Positions 27,307 through 36,155 of a stretch of DNA of 64,000 nt are shown one piece after another (position 1 is the first letter of the stretch; each line of letters begins with the position of its first letter). The position numbers and the translations under genes were made by a program. Under the pieces are notes generated by a model, which saw nothing but the letters and a program-made list of their open reading frames with translations, was not told the DNA's origin and ran no database searches. This DNA is from a virus. The stretch is taken from the IMG/VR virus record IMGVR_UViG_3300031759_000010; one strand, 5' to 3'.

Positions 27307-29520
27307 CTACCAATCATCATTGTAGCCGACCAACTCCTCCGCGCTCGATCCGGAACGGGCGGACTCCCTCCAGTTGCGGAACGCAGAAACCATCTCGGGC
27401 GTTATCTCTTGATCTGGAACACCTAGAACCCTCTTTGCCTGATACTGTATGCTACTTCCGGAGTAGCCCGGCGGAGAGGATTGGTGAATCGGGGAAACCA
27501 GGGGGTTCGCTGCCGCAAAAGCCCAGTGAGGACTGACTGTGTATACCCCCTTCAGCCCCTTGATCGCCCTCTCGGCGTCCTCCCGGCGCTGGAAAACACC
27601 ATCCGCAATTGGACGCATCGCTGAGTCGCGGATAACCCACGGACCCTGCCACGAAAAAGGCAGAGATCCCCAAATCTTCCCCTCGGCATCGCGTGGCTGC
27701 GCCATCGCCAAACCTGGAGACTCTCTCACCGACTGTAGCGTCTCACGCAGGCAATAGAGACAAATTGTCGAAGCCAGCACTCCGTCGTCGTTGGAATCAA
27801 CACCCTCGTATCTCTTGCGCCCCGGCCCCTCGTCGAGGGTTGCGAAGTCGCCCATCTCATCCAAAAGATCATGTGAGTAGATGACAATCGAATCAGTCAG
27901 AAGGGCATCGCGCATCTCGTCAATCACCAGGTCGCGCGTCTTGATTGAAGTCACCCAGTGAAGGTAGGGGGTGAAGGTTGTTTGAACCCTGTCCTTATGT
28001 CTCGGCCTCCACAGGTTTGGATAGTCCATATCGACCAAGGCGTCTCCGGTGGTGATTCCGGGTCCATTGTATTCATTTGTCACCTCAGCCCCGTTATACC
28101 AATACCCCAGGGCGGCCACGATTCCGGCAAATCTCTTCGGCGATTCCCAGCCCCACCACTCGGCAACCTGAACGTCTTTCTGCCCCAGAGACCCGGCCAT
28201 AAACACCTCAGCCACGCTATAGTCTCCGCCATTTCCAAGAGCAGCATCCGAGCCGACATAGTAAGACCTTCCCGGCTCAGGCAAATGCCAAACATGAAGA
28301 CGGTGACCACCTTTTCCACGCTTGCGAACAGGAAGATCTTCCCCCGGATCCACGGCGCGAATATCAAGCTCCTCGCGCTTTCCTCTGAGACGAATCTCTC
28401 CCGCATAAGCAGGATTCTTAGGGGCCCTCATTCTCTGCTCATCCATAGCATCGCGATCAAAGGCGCACAGGCCGGAGTTCTGGAACGCCTCTTCCGGGGT
28501 AATCGGGTAGGACTCCAGAAAACCGGCTTTGTTCTTTTTGGAACGCTTCAGGCCAAAATGGCGAAACTTCCAAAAACCGAGAGGAATTTCGTATTTTTGC
28601 TCCTTTTTCACCCGGTCATGAAACACCTGCTCAGTCTCGCTGAGGACGATATTGTCCGACTTTGAAACCGGAAGAAAATACTTCCTAACCCGATAGGTAG
28701 GAACAAATACCGGACGCCATCCGGTATCGCCAGCCACCGTATCTTGCCACCAATCGTAGAAAAGGCCATTCTTTCCCAGACCAGTTGATTCCATCACATA
28801 GAACCCATCAATAGCGTTCATTGAGGGAAGAATGTCAGCCTCAAAAACCTGAGCATCAGGCCAGCGCGAAACCTCGCTATAGTGGCCACTCCGTATGCTG
28901 CGGCCGATAGCCACGCCGCTCATCTTTTGAGCGTGAGAGATCTTCAACACAGATCCCAAGCCGGGATCGGACATAACCTGGTCCTCACCCTCGCGTTGAA
29001 AGTCAATACCTTCCGCGACCGACTTGTATCTCCACTCCGGCCTCATCCACCACGGGAGATTCTCATACGCCTTCACAGACATCTTGTAGATGTGTGTGGA
29101 CACAACTTTATCCTGAGCGACAATCAAGGTGAAGGTGTGGGGATAGAAGATCGTGCGGTGGAACATGTGCGCCTGAATATGTGTGCTGCCGCCAAACTGA
29201 CGCCCCTTGAGAAGAATCAGCTTGCAGCATCCGTTGTTCTCCCACTCCTCCTTCATTGCCGCGCTGACGATCTCCTGCTGATCCCAGTACGGATACAGGG
29301 TTTTCAGTTCGCCATTTTCGGTTGTGATTGTAAAGTAGTTTTTCGTCCAGTAGTCGGGATCAATGCACCTCTCCAGCTCCTCGTTGATCCAATCGTTTTC
29401 CGAGCGAGACAAGGCGGCGCTGGCCTCATCAACAGCATTGTTCCCGTGGAATCTTGCGAAGTGGCGCTCCAGCTCCTCGATGGCGTCGTTCAGGTCGGGG
29501 TCTTGTCTAGGAAGCCTCAT
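27307..29520 (-). CDS. terL: terminase large subunit
   Basis: 737 aa. Walker-A-like KGRQFGGST and an acidic nuclease-half pattern. Sits adjacent to the small-subunit-like and portal-like genes. Confidence 0.7.
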   Translation of the reverse strand: MRLPRQDPDLNDAIEELERHFARFHGNNAVDEASAALSRSENDWINEELERCIDPDYWTKNYFTITTENGELKTLYPYWDQQEIVSAAMKEEWENNGCCKLILLKGRQFGGSTHIQAHMFHRTIFYPHTFTLIVAQDKVVSTHIYKMSVKAYENLPWWMRPEWRYKSVAEGIDFQREGEDQVMSDPGLGSVLKISHAQKMSGVAIGRSIRSGHYSEVSRWPDAQVFEADILPSMNAIDGFYVMESTGLGKNGLFYDWWQDTVAGDTGWRPVFVPTYRVRKYFLPVSKSDNIVLSETEQVFHDRVKKEQKYEIPLGFWKFRHFGLKRSKKNKAGFLESYPITPEEAFQNSGLCAFDRDAMDEQRMRAPKNPAYAGEIRLRGKREELDIRAVDPGEDLPVRKRGKGGHRLHVWHLPEPGRSYYVGSDAALGNGGDYSVAEVFMAGSLGQKDVQVAEWWGWESPKRFAGIVAALGYWYNGAEVTNEYNGPGITTGDALVDMDYPNLWRPRHKDRVQTTFTPYLHWVTSIKTRDLVIDEMRDALLTDSIVIYSHDLLDEMGDFATLDEGPGRKRYEGVDSNDDGVLASTICLYCLRETLQSVRESPGLAMAQPRDAEGKIWGSLPFSWQGPWVIRDSAMRPIADGVFQRREDAERAIKGLKGVYTVSPHWAFAAANPLVSPIHQSSPPGYSGSSIQYQAKRVLGVPDQEITPEMVSAFRNWRESARSGSSAEELVGYNDDW

Positions 29521-30133
29521 CGTCGTCCCCTTCCTCCAAGTCCTCCAGGTCGCCGTCCTCCAAATCTATTCCAGCCTCCTCAAACTCTGCAACAATTTTC
29601 TCGGCGCGAGTCATTTGTGGAGGAGCCTCCAAGAGCATCGGATTATTCCCCGGAATCTGCTGAACCTCCCGCTTTGCCCTTATCTCGCGAAGCCGCTGCT
29701 CAAAACTCATGCCGCCGCTTGCCCCAACCCCACTCGCCACATTTTGCTGCACATTGACCTGCGTGGATGGAACCCTCGGCCGGGTCACCTCAATCAACTC
29801 CCTCGCGGTATCGATTGCCTTCAGCCTCGTCAGATGGTCAGGAATCGACTCCTGCCTGCCGTCAGGAAATGTCCTCCACGTCTCAGCCACCATCGCGCTG
29901 CGAAGGGTGTTTTCCTGATCTTCAATCAGATTCAAGGCGAGATGATTGTAAGCAACATCCACCTCCTCCACGGAGGCGATGAAGCGATATGCCTCAACCC
30001 TGTCGATGGACTTTCGAATGGTCTCTACGGATGCCCGTTCCCGGGCCGCAATCTCCTCAAGAGGCTTCTCGCTGCGCCAGAGATACCAGCGCTGCCTGTC
30101 GCGCACCGTGGGCTTTTGTAGGGCCATTGTCAT
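29507..30133 (-). CDS. putative terminase small subunit / HTH DNA-binding protein
   Basis: Sigma-region-4-like HTH (EKPLEEIAARERASVETIRKSI) and an acidic tail. Overlaps the terL start. Confidence 0.4.
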   Translation of the reverse strand: MTMALQKPTVRDRQRWYLWRSEKPLEEIAARERASVETIRKSIDRVEAYRFIASVEEVDVAYNHLALNLIEDQENTLRSAMVAETWRTFPDGRQESIPDHLTRLKAIDTARELIEVTRPRVPSTQVNVQQNVASGVGASGGMSFEQRLREIRAKREVQQIPGNNPMLLEAPPQMTRAEKIVAEFEEAGIDLEDGDLEDLEEGDDDEAS

Positions 30134-30720
30134 TGAGTAAACAGCTCCCCGCCAACCATGCGATCAAAAGCCTCCCCGGTCTCAGTCTCATCCACCGCAT
30201 CGCGGTCATAGACAGAACGGCCAACCCTCGACTGCTCTGGAGAAGCTGACTCCGTAGCCCGCGCCGACTCTGACCACTCTGAGGGGGTTCCATCCGCAGC
30301 TCCCGCTGAAGATATCAACTCGCCAAGAGACTGGGCCACAAATTCAAGACGCTTCACGGCTGAAACGTTTTGCTTTGACGCCTCCATCATGGCCTTGCCG
30401 TTCAGGTTCCTCAAGGCCCCACGAAACGCATCTTCAAACATCTTGAAGGTTTGACGCATTTCGCTGGACTGGGCATCCAGAATGGACTTCATATCCGCCC
30501 TGATGCCCTGGAACACACCCTTCCCCGACTCCATGGCTTTGCTCTGGGCCTCCAAGTGTTGAACCTGAAGGGCGTCATAAGCCTCCAGAGCAACCCTCAA
30601 AGCCTTCACCTGCTTGTATACAAACCACGAGATCCACAGGGAGGCCGCCAGGGCCAAGCAGACCACGATGAGAAAGATCCCCCCGATAAAGGCAAGAGCA
30701 ACAACGCCGATAGTGTTCAT
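30130..30720 (-). CDS. membrane-anchored hypothetical protein
   Basis: N-terminal hydrophobic helix VVALAFIGGIFLIVVCLALAASLWISWFV. First gene of the leftward late unit. Confidence 0.5.
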   Translation of the reverse strand: MNTIGVVALAFIGGIFLIVVCLALAASLWISWFVYKQVKALRVALEAYDALQVQHLEAQSKAMESGKGVFQGIRADMKSILDAQSSEMRQTFKMFEDAFRGALRNLNGKAMMEASKQNVSAVKRLEFVAQSLGELISSAGAADGTPSEWSESARATESASPEQSRVGRSVYDRDAVDETETGEAFDRMVGGELFTQ

Positions 30721-30869
30721 AGGTTACAAAATAGCAGCACTTGTGCGGCATCGCAACGGGTTTAAGCGGGGACATGGCTGGGGGAGGATGCCCAGCAGGG
30801 AGGTCGGCGTCTCTCGGTGCCCCCGCTAAAAACAGTCTGCCCCACCACAACCATCCACGCAAGAGATAT

Positions 30870-30880
30870 GGTTACCAAAG
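30870..30880 (+). promoter_or_regulatory. GGTTACCAAAG motif, copy 1
   Basis: Exact 11-mer in the divergent region upstream of the plus-strand genes starting 30912/30936. Confidence 0.5.
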
Positions 30881-30911
30881 TAACAATTACCAGAAATACC
30901 TTGCCAATTAG

Positions 30912-31103
30912 ATGTGCCCGGTAGAAAATGTGAACATGAACAAAGGCGAGCTTTTCCACATCATCGACCAAGAAATTATCAGGCTGAAAAAAATCGCCGC
31001 GCGAGGAACTATTCCTCTTGTTGGAACTCAGTCTGGCATTGCCGCCCTCAATGAACTCAAGGTAAAGATCGAGGAGCTACTTGAACAAGTTCCGCAATCG
31101 TAA
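30912..31103 (+). CDS. hypothetical small protein
   Basis: Track ORF. The real start may be ATG 30936. Confidence 0.35.
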   Translation: MCPVENVNMNKGELFHIIDQEIIRLKKIAARGTIPLVGTQSGIAALNELKVKIEELLEQVPQS

Positions 31104-31398
31104 GACCGGCGGCTTTGACAGCAAGAAAGAGTTCAATCGGGCTCAGGAACTCAGGCTCCTGGAAAAGGCAGGAGCCATCTCTGGTTTGGAGTTTCAGATC
31201 ACCTTCGTTCTCATCCCAAAACAAGTGGACGACAAAGGAAAGACCATCGAGAGGGCCTGCTCCTATGTCGCCGACTTCCAATATGTGGAGGATGGAAGGA
31301 TTGTTGTCGAGGACTGCAAGGGGTTCCGCACTCCGGATTACATCTTGAAGCGGAAGATGATGCTTTACTTTTACAAGATCAGAATTCGGGAAACCTAA
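31081..31398 (+). CDS. DUF1064-family protein
   Basis: FDSKKEFNRAQELRLLEKAGAISGLEFQ...YVADFQY...VVEDCKG follows the DUF1064 consensus as I remember it. Confidence 0.7.
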   Translation: MNKFRNRKTGGFDSKKEFNRAQELRLLEKAGAISGLEFQITFVLIPKQVDDKGKTIERACSYVADFQYVEDGRIVVEDCKGFRTPDYILKRKMMLYFYKIRIRET

Positions 31399-31576
31399 AG
31401 TGCATCTGGCTGGACCCAAGAAACCCCCTGGCATCCTTGGACCACTCAGAAAGCAACTTTTTCTCGCCACACGCCGGACACTCGTATACCCGCCCAAGAC
31501 GAACCAGGCGAACACGAGACCTCCAAAGAAAACCAAACACGCGATGGCGATAGCAGAAATAGCCGCTCTTCTTCAT
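31379..31576 (-). CDS. 65-aa Cys/His protein, downstream partner of the Phd-like gene
   Basis: Track ORF trimmed to Met 25, whose ATG overlaps the Phd-like stop. FCYRH...CPACG. Confidence 0.4.
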   Translation of the reverse strand: MKKSGYFCYRHRVFGFLWRSRVRLVRLGRVYECPACGEKKLLSEWSKDARGFLGSSQMHFRFPEF

Positions 31577-31734
31577 TTTTCCTCTTTGTAGGGGATGATC
31601 TTTACGATTGGAGTTTTTACGGGTCTCACGCCAGCGCCACCATGGCAAATGATTACAGTTTTTCCAGACTCCACCTCCCTGAGAATCTTGTGCAGGATCT
31701 TCTTGGCCTGAGAAATCGTGTACACGCTGGGCAT
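31573..31734 (-). CDS. Phd/YefM-like antitoxin-fold protein
   Basis: MPSVYTISQAKKILHKILREVESGKTVIICHGG matches the Phd/YefM N-terminal pattern. AAGGAG ribosome-binding site before ATG 31734. Confidence 0.55.
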   Translation of the reverse strand: MPSVYTISQAKKILHKILREVESGKTVIICHGGAGVRPVKTPIVKIIPYKEEK

Positions 31735-31778
31735 AACCACTCCTTGAAGTATCCGCACAAACGGGGTACTATTACCAT

Positions 31779-32027
31779 GTGGAATCAAAAAAGTTTTTCA
31801 GTCCAGAAGATGCTGTTCTTATGATTCGGTCCAGGATGGGAGCAAGAAGCTCGTCGGCCTATGCCAGGGCCATGGGGGTTTCCCGCCAATTCATGTCCGA
31901 TGTCTTGACAGGAAACCGTGGCCCCTCAAAAGAAATGCTTGCCTCGATTGGTTTGGAGCGGGTAATCATGTACCGCCGCCTTCGCTACTCGGGGAAGCCT
32001 GCATCCCAATCTGACCCCGACGACTGA
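31779..32027 (+). CDS. HTH DNA-binding protein (XRE-like)
   Basis: AYARAMGVSRQFMSDVLTGNRGPS helix-turn-helix. Paralogous to 36790-37092. Divergent from the Phd-like gene. GTG start. Confidence 0.5.
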   Translation: MESKKFFSPEDAVLMIRSRMGARSSSAYARAMGVSRQFMSDVLTGNRGPSKEMLASIGLERVIMYRRLRYSGKPASQSDPDD

Positions 32028-32386
32028 GGGTCGTCTTGAGCATCCTTGGGTTTGTTGCCGAGAAGCACCAGCTCGAACGCCATAATCTCCGTCCGGTACT
32101 TTTTCTCGCCCGTATTCTTGTCGTTCCAGCTCTGGGTGCGGAGCTTCCCCTCGATGTAAATCTTGTCGCCCTTGTGGACATAATCCCTGATCACTTCGGC
32201 CGTCTTCGAGAAGGTCACGATGTTGTGCCACTCGGTCCTGTCTGTCCAGTTACCACCAGAATCCTTTTCGCGCTCCGTGGTGGCAATAGAAAAGTTGGCA
32301 ACAACCGTACCCCCGGGAGTTACCTTGACGTCTGGATCCTTGCCCACATGGCCAAGAATCTGCACCTTGTTCACTGTCTTGCTCAT
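31985..32386 (-). CDS. ssb: single-stranded DNA-binding protein
   Basis: VNKVQILGHVGKDPDV...TEWHNIVTF...GDKIYIEGKLRTQSW is the canonical SSB OB-fold signature. Confidence 0.9.
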   Translation of the reverse strand: MSKTVNKVQILGHVGKDPDVKVTPGGTVVANFSIATTEREKDSGGNWTDRTEWHNIVTFSKTAEVIRDYVHKGDKIYIEGKLRTQSWNDKNTGEKKYRTEIMAFELVLLGNKPKDAQDDPQSSGSDWDAGFPE

Positions 32387-32400
32387 TCTTCCTCCTGTTT

Positions 32401-32414
32401 GTCCGTATACGGAC
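32401..32414. promoter_or_regulatory. palindrome GTCCGTATACGGAC, fused to a TAG stop
   Basis: Gene-sense reads CAG TAG TCCGTATACGGAC AAACAGGAGGAAGA ATG(ssb). Confidence 0.5.
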
Positions 32415-32959
32415 TACTGTCCGTTTTGTAAAATGCTCATCACTGTCTTCTGCATTACAGCAGAGAGTTCCAGTGGATTGAAGGTTGTAAGGGTTTCCAC
32501 GCGTCCGCTTCCACCATGATCCATAAACCTGAAGACAATGACATCCTTGACGGCATCCATGTTCTCCATGGCCTTAATCATTAACCCCGTCAGGCTTCTG
32601 TCGCTCTTCAGCTCGGTCAACACTTCGTCTCCCTCTGCTGGCTTGGCATCCTCCTCCTCCTGGGCGTTCAGTAAGCCTTGGAGTATATCGCCGTGATTCG
32701 AAGACCCAATACACCCCGCAGGACAGGCCATAGAAAACTCCACGGGAACCCCACAAAAAAACAATCTCTTATCCAGCTTGCGAAACGGATGAAGAATGGA
32801 AAAGTGAGAGCATGGGAATGGATCAGCTCCCCACTCAATCAGGTATGCAACAAGCTGGGAAGCGCTGGATGGATGAACCACAAGGCGCTCGATCTCCAGG
32901 CCCCGCCTACGCATACTCCAGATGGCATCTTTGAATGATTCAAACCTCATATCAGACAT
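32414..32959 (-). CDS. hypothetical protein (181 aa)
   Basis: Track ORF. Preceded by the GTTACCAAAG / TTGATT / TAGACT promoter-like arrangement. Confidence 0.55.
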   Translation of the reverse strand: MSDMRFESFKDAIWSMRRRGLEIERLVVHPSSASQLVAYLIEWGADPFPCSHFSILHPFRKLDKRLFFCGVPVEFSMACPAGCIGSSNHGDILQGLLNAQEEEDAKPAEGDEVLTELKSDRSLTGLMIKAMENMDAVKDVIVFRFMDHGGSGRVETLTTFNPLELSAVMQKTVMSILQNGQ

Positions 32960-32961
32960 GG

Positions 32962-33010
32962 TGAAAGTCTACCCCCTCATCGATTTGTAATCAACAAAAC
33001 TTTGGTAACA
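32962..33010 (-). promoter_or_regulatory. GTTACCAAAG motif copy 5 (10 of 11) plus -35/-10-like hexamers, minus strand
   Basis: Minus sense: tGTTACCAAAG-N5-TTGATT-17 nt-TAGACT-ttcacc-ATG(32959). Confidence 0.45.
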
Positions 33011-33066
33011 AACAACCTCAGTGGCCCTTCTTTGCCTTGCGTAAGGCGTCCTTCGAAAACAGGGCA

Positions 33067-33384
33067 TCATCCCTTTCTTTTTTTCTGTTTTTCGATAATT
33101 GCAGCCCTCGCCTCGAAACGCTCCCTGCACTTAACCCTCTTCGCCTCGGCCTCGCGATAGTGGTCCGAGCAAAACACAAGAACCCCCACCTTGTACAAGC
33201 CGGTTTTTCCGCAATGACAGAGGCGGTGCTTGTATGCCGACTCCCCGAGACGAATGTATCCATGCTCGTTAACCAGGTGATCAGTAAACTCGGCGTGATT
33301 CACAAATGTCCTTTTTCCAAGACACTCCATACACGACGCCTCTTTCTTGCCGTAACTCGGAACAAAGCGCGGAAGCAGACTCAT
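33067..33384 (-). CDS. hypothetical Cys/His-rich protein
   Basis: Track ORF directly downstream of dnaB. CMEC...HLVNEH, CHC..C..H. Confidence 0.45.
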   Translation of the reverse strand: MSLLPRFVPSYGKKEASCMECLGKRTFVNHAEFTDHLVNEHGYIRLGESAYKHRLCHCGKTGLYKVGVLVFCSDHYREAEAKRVKCRERFEARAAIIEKQKKRKG

Positions 33385-33386
33385 CG

Positions 33387-34739
33387 CTACCCTCTTTCAA
33401 ACGTCGCAAAGTCGGTGTTGAATTTTGTTTTCACGTTGCCCGTAAACCCAAAACGCTGCTTGGGAACCACAATCATTCCGCTGGTTGAGTGGTACCCCTT
33501 CTCTTTGTCGTACTCCCTCCAGAGAAGGGCGATACAGTGGGCGTCGTTCTCAATCTGCCCACTCTCCCTCAAGTCGCGCATGGTTGGAAAAGAATTGTCG
33601 TCGCGGCGGCGCAGTTGACTCAAAAGCATCAGATGGGCCCCCGTTCCCTTGATTAGATCCGCAAGCCTCTTGGAACACTCCGCCACCTTCAGGCGCTCAT
33701 CCTTGTTGCCGGGAACCGTAATCCTCTGAAGATAGTCCACGCCGACAAAACGAACTCCCTTGCGCTTGATGTGAAGACGGGCTGTAGCCAAAATCTCATT
33801 CAGACTCATGCCGCCGCGATCATAGATATCCAGAGGCCACTCTGCAATCTCCAAAGCCGCAGAACGAATCCTCCTCACCTGCTCCTCGGTTGCCGTCCTT
33901 GGGAACCTGACAAACCGATATGGAACCTCGGCGACAATTGACCACATCTTGCCAAGAAGCTGGCTCTTGGTCATCTCCAGTGAATAGCAAACCGAAGGAT
34001 AGCCGTTCCGGCCGGTGCGAATCAAAGCCTGTGCCAGAGCGGAACTCTTGCCAACCCCCGACTCGCCGCCAACCACCGTAACCTCTCCGGCAAACATACC
34101 CCCAGTCAACTCATCCATCTCTGGGGTCATGCCATAGGAAAGAGTTTCGTCGCTTTCCGCCTGCCGCCTGGACTCAAACTCATTCAGGGCGGCCATTGTT
34201 GCCTCAGAAACGTCCGTGCTGACACGATCAACGCTTCCGGCACCCTCAACTATCGAACCGATCTTCTCGCCCGCCCATGAGGCGATGTCGAGAGCTGGTT
34301 CCGATTGGTCCTGAGCCCGGTCCGCCATGGCACCCGACACGCGCATCAACTCGCGCAACATGGCGCGATCCTTCACGATGTCGATGTACTCCGCAATAAC
34401 CGGACGGCGCGGAAGGCCCTCTGTCAGGGATGCCAGGTACGCAACCCCGCCAATAGCATCGATCTCCTTCCTGCGAGACAGCTCATTGACCAAGGTCACA
34501 AGATCGACCGACTTCTGTCCATCCACCAAGCCAACCATTGCGTGGAAGATGCGGCGATGCGAGTCGTATGCGAAGTCGTCCGAACAAAGAACCTCAGACG
34601 CCTCCAACAAAGCATTGTTGTCCAACAACACCGCCCCGAGAATCGTCTTCTCGGCGTGTTCGTTCATGGGAAGAGACTTGTAAGAAACATCAACAATCTC
34701 CGGGGCCTCCTCGGGAACCGACCAGTCATCGTATTTCAT
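33387..34739 (-). CDS. dnaB: replicative DNA helicase DnaB
   Basis: N-terminal EKTILGAVLLDN, Walker A GGESGVGKSS, Walker B FVGVDYLQ, and C-terminal QLRRRDD...ENDAH motifs. Confidence 0.9.
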   Translation of the reverse strand: MKYDDWSVPEEAPEIVDVSYKSLPMNEHAEKTILGAVLLDNNALLEASEVLCSDDFAYDSHRRIFHAMVGLVDGQKSVDLVTLVNELSRRKEIDAIGGVAYLASLTEGLPRRPVIAEYIDIVKDRAMLRELMRVSGAMADRAQDQSEPALDIASWAGEKIGSIVEGAGSVDRVSTDVSEATMAALNEFESRRQAESDETLSYGMTPEMDELTGGMFAGEVTVVGGESGVGKSSALAQALIRTGRNGYPSVCYSLEMTKSQLLGKMWSIVAEVPYRFVRFPRTATEEQVRRIRSAALEIAEWPLDIYDRGGMSLNEILATARLHIKRKGVRFVGVDYLQRITVPGNKDERLKVAECSKRLADLIKGTGAHLMLLSQLRRRDDNSFPTMRDLRESGQIENDAHCIALLWREYDKEKGYHSTSGMIVVPKQRFGFTGNVKTKFNTDFATFERG

Positions 34740-35065
34740 TTGCCCCCCACAAACGAGACATTCGCCATCTCTGGATTAGAGAACCCCATCTTGGCGGCCC
34801 TTACCCGGCGAACCTCCACAAGAATCGTTCCAAGATCGGGAAGCGCAAACTCCCCCTGCTGGCGCGGCCTTTTTCCCAAGCACTCCAGGGCCGCGAGAAC
34901 CTCATCCAAGGGCTCACTCGATAGAGCTTTCGAGAAGAGCGGCAGAAAGTTCTCTGGTATCGTTGCCTGGCGGTAACACGCCATCTCCGTCAACGCACAC
35001 TTGATCTTGCCCAAGTGAATCGCGGAGCATTTGGATGTTGTGATTGATTTTTCCTGATTTTCCAT
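34736..35065 (-). CDS. hypothetical protein (109 aa), possible helicase-loading accessory
   Basis: Track ORF, 4-nt overlap with the dnaB start. Function is guessed from position only. Confidence 0.4.
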   Translation of the reverse strand: MENQEKSITTSKCSAIHLGKIKCALTEMACYRQATIPENFLPLFSKALSSEPLDEVLAALECLGKRPRQQGEFALPDLGTILVEVRRVRAAKMGFSNPEMANVSFVGGK

Positions 35066-35780
35066 TCATTCCCCCTTCGATTGGCCGACCAAACTCCCCG
35101 GCGGCCCCATTCAACCAACTTGCCGCATACCGGATCCAGGCACTCAACGGATTGCCGTGGGCCACAGGACTCCGTGCCCGATTCCGAAGAATTGCCCCCC
35201 ACTGTTCCAGCGAAACGGTTGGGTTGGACTCCAGCCACACCTTCAAATCTTTTGCCTCGCGCCCGTTCCAAGGAGCGGGGATTCCGTTCCTGCTTTGGTA
35301 GTACCCGCAGAAGGCTTCCTTGAAGGGAGAGAACCGGGACGTGACCGCTTCAGCGGAATAGTTCTTCTTTCCTTCTTTTTCATTCTTATTGTTAGGGTAG
35401 CTATTAGCACCCACCCCCTTGCTATTAGCAACCGGGGGGTGGTAGCTATTAGCACCCACCCCCTTGCCAATAGAGCCGATATTGACCTGAAGGAGGATGT
35501 ACTGGTTGGAGTCTCGCGCCCCATCCGACTGCCTCACCTCAACGCTTATCAGGAGGTGTTTTTCGAGATCCTTCAATCCATCAGACACGGTATCCTTCGA
35601 CACCCCCAAGAGGGAGGCTAGGGTTGATTTGGACGGGAAGCAGGCCTGACTCGTTCCGTTGGCAAATGCAACCAGCCCCATGTACACGAGGTTGGCCTTC
35701 CACCCCAAACCCATTTTCAAGATCGATTTATTGAACCACGCAAAATCCCCATCGCGAAGATCACGAATACTGTCAGCCAT
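34914..35780 (-). CDS. replication initiator / replisome organiser with winged-helix N-terminus
   Basis: Track ORF 34914-36140 trimmed to Met 121 (MADSIRDLRDGDFAWFNKSILK). HTH LASLLGVSKDTVSDGLKDLE. Internal 45-nt direct repeat encoding GVGANSY twice. Confidence 0.55.
   Translation of the reverse strand: MADSIRDLRDGDFAWFNKSILKMGLGWKANLVYMGLVAFANGTSQACFPSKSTLASLLGVSKDTVSDGLKDLEKHLLISVEVRQSDGARDSNQYILLQVNIGSIGKGVGANSYHPPVANSKGVGANSYPNNKNEKEGKKNYSAEAVTSRFSPFKEAFCGYYQSRNGIPAPWNGREAKDLKVWLESNPTVSLEQWGAILRNRARSPVAHGNPLSAWIRYAASWLNGAAGEFGRPIEGGMNGKSGKINHNIQMLRDSLGQDQVCVDGDGVLPPGNDTRELSAALLESSIE
35396..35467. repeat. 27-nt direct repeat (2 copies, 45-nt period) with internal inverted CCACCCCC/GGGGGGTGG, inside the initiator gene
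   Basis: GGTAGCTATTAGCACCCACCCCCTTGC at 35396-35422 and 35441-35467. A partial GCTATTAGCA lies between them. Confidence 0.8.
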
Positions 35781-35956
35781 TACCGCTCCCAGCTTCTTTT
35801 GAGCACAACTCTCCCGTAGGCGCTGGACTTTCGGTCTGCGGATAAGGATGTGCCAATGGATTTCCCAGCTCGGGGTATTGCGGGGGCTGATTGGGCAACC
35901 AACCCCCGAAACCACTCCATCGGCTAGGCATCGGGTGATCAAGCCCGACAGTGACC

Positions 35957-35986
35957 ACTTTAGGTCATCGCTTGTTTTTTTGTCAA
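35957..35986 (-). promoter_or_regulatory. sigma70-like promoter candidate for the replication initiator gene
   Basis: Minus sense TTGACA(35986-81)-18 nt-TAAAGT(35962-57), flanked by a C8 tract and an A7 tract. About 175 nt upstream of ATG 35780. Confidence 0.35.
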
Positions 35987-36155
35987 GAGGGGGGGGTGGG
36001 CACTCTGTTTCATGGGGGGAATCAGAAAGAGGAAAAAGCCCCGTCCGGAACTCTCTTCCGGAACCATAACGCGCCCACCTGCTCAGTGTACCACGTTTCT
36101 GTGGACAGCGAGGGGGTACCTGTACGATACCCCCAAGCACTCGTCGAACATGCTC

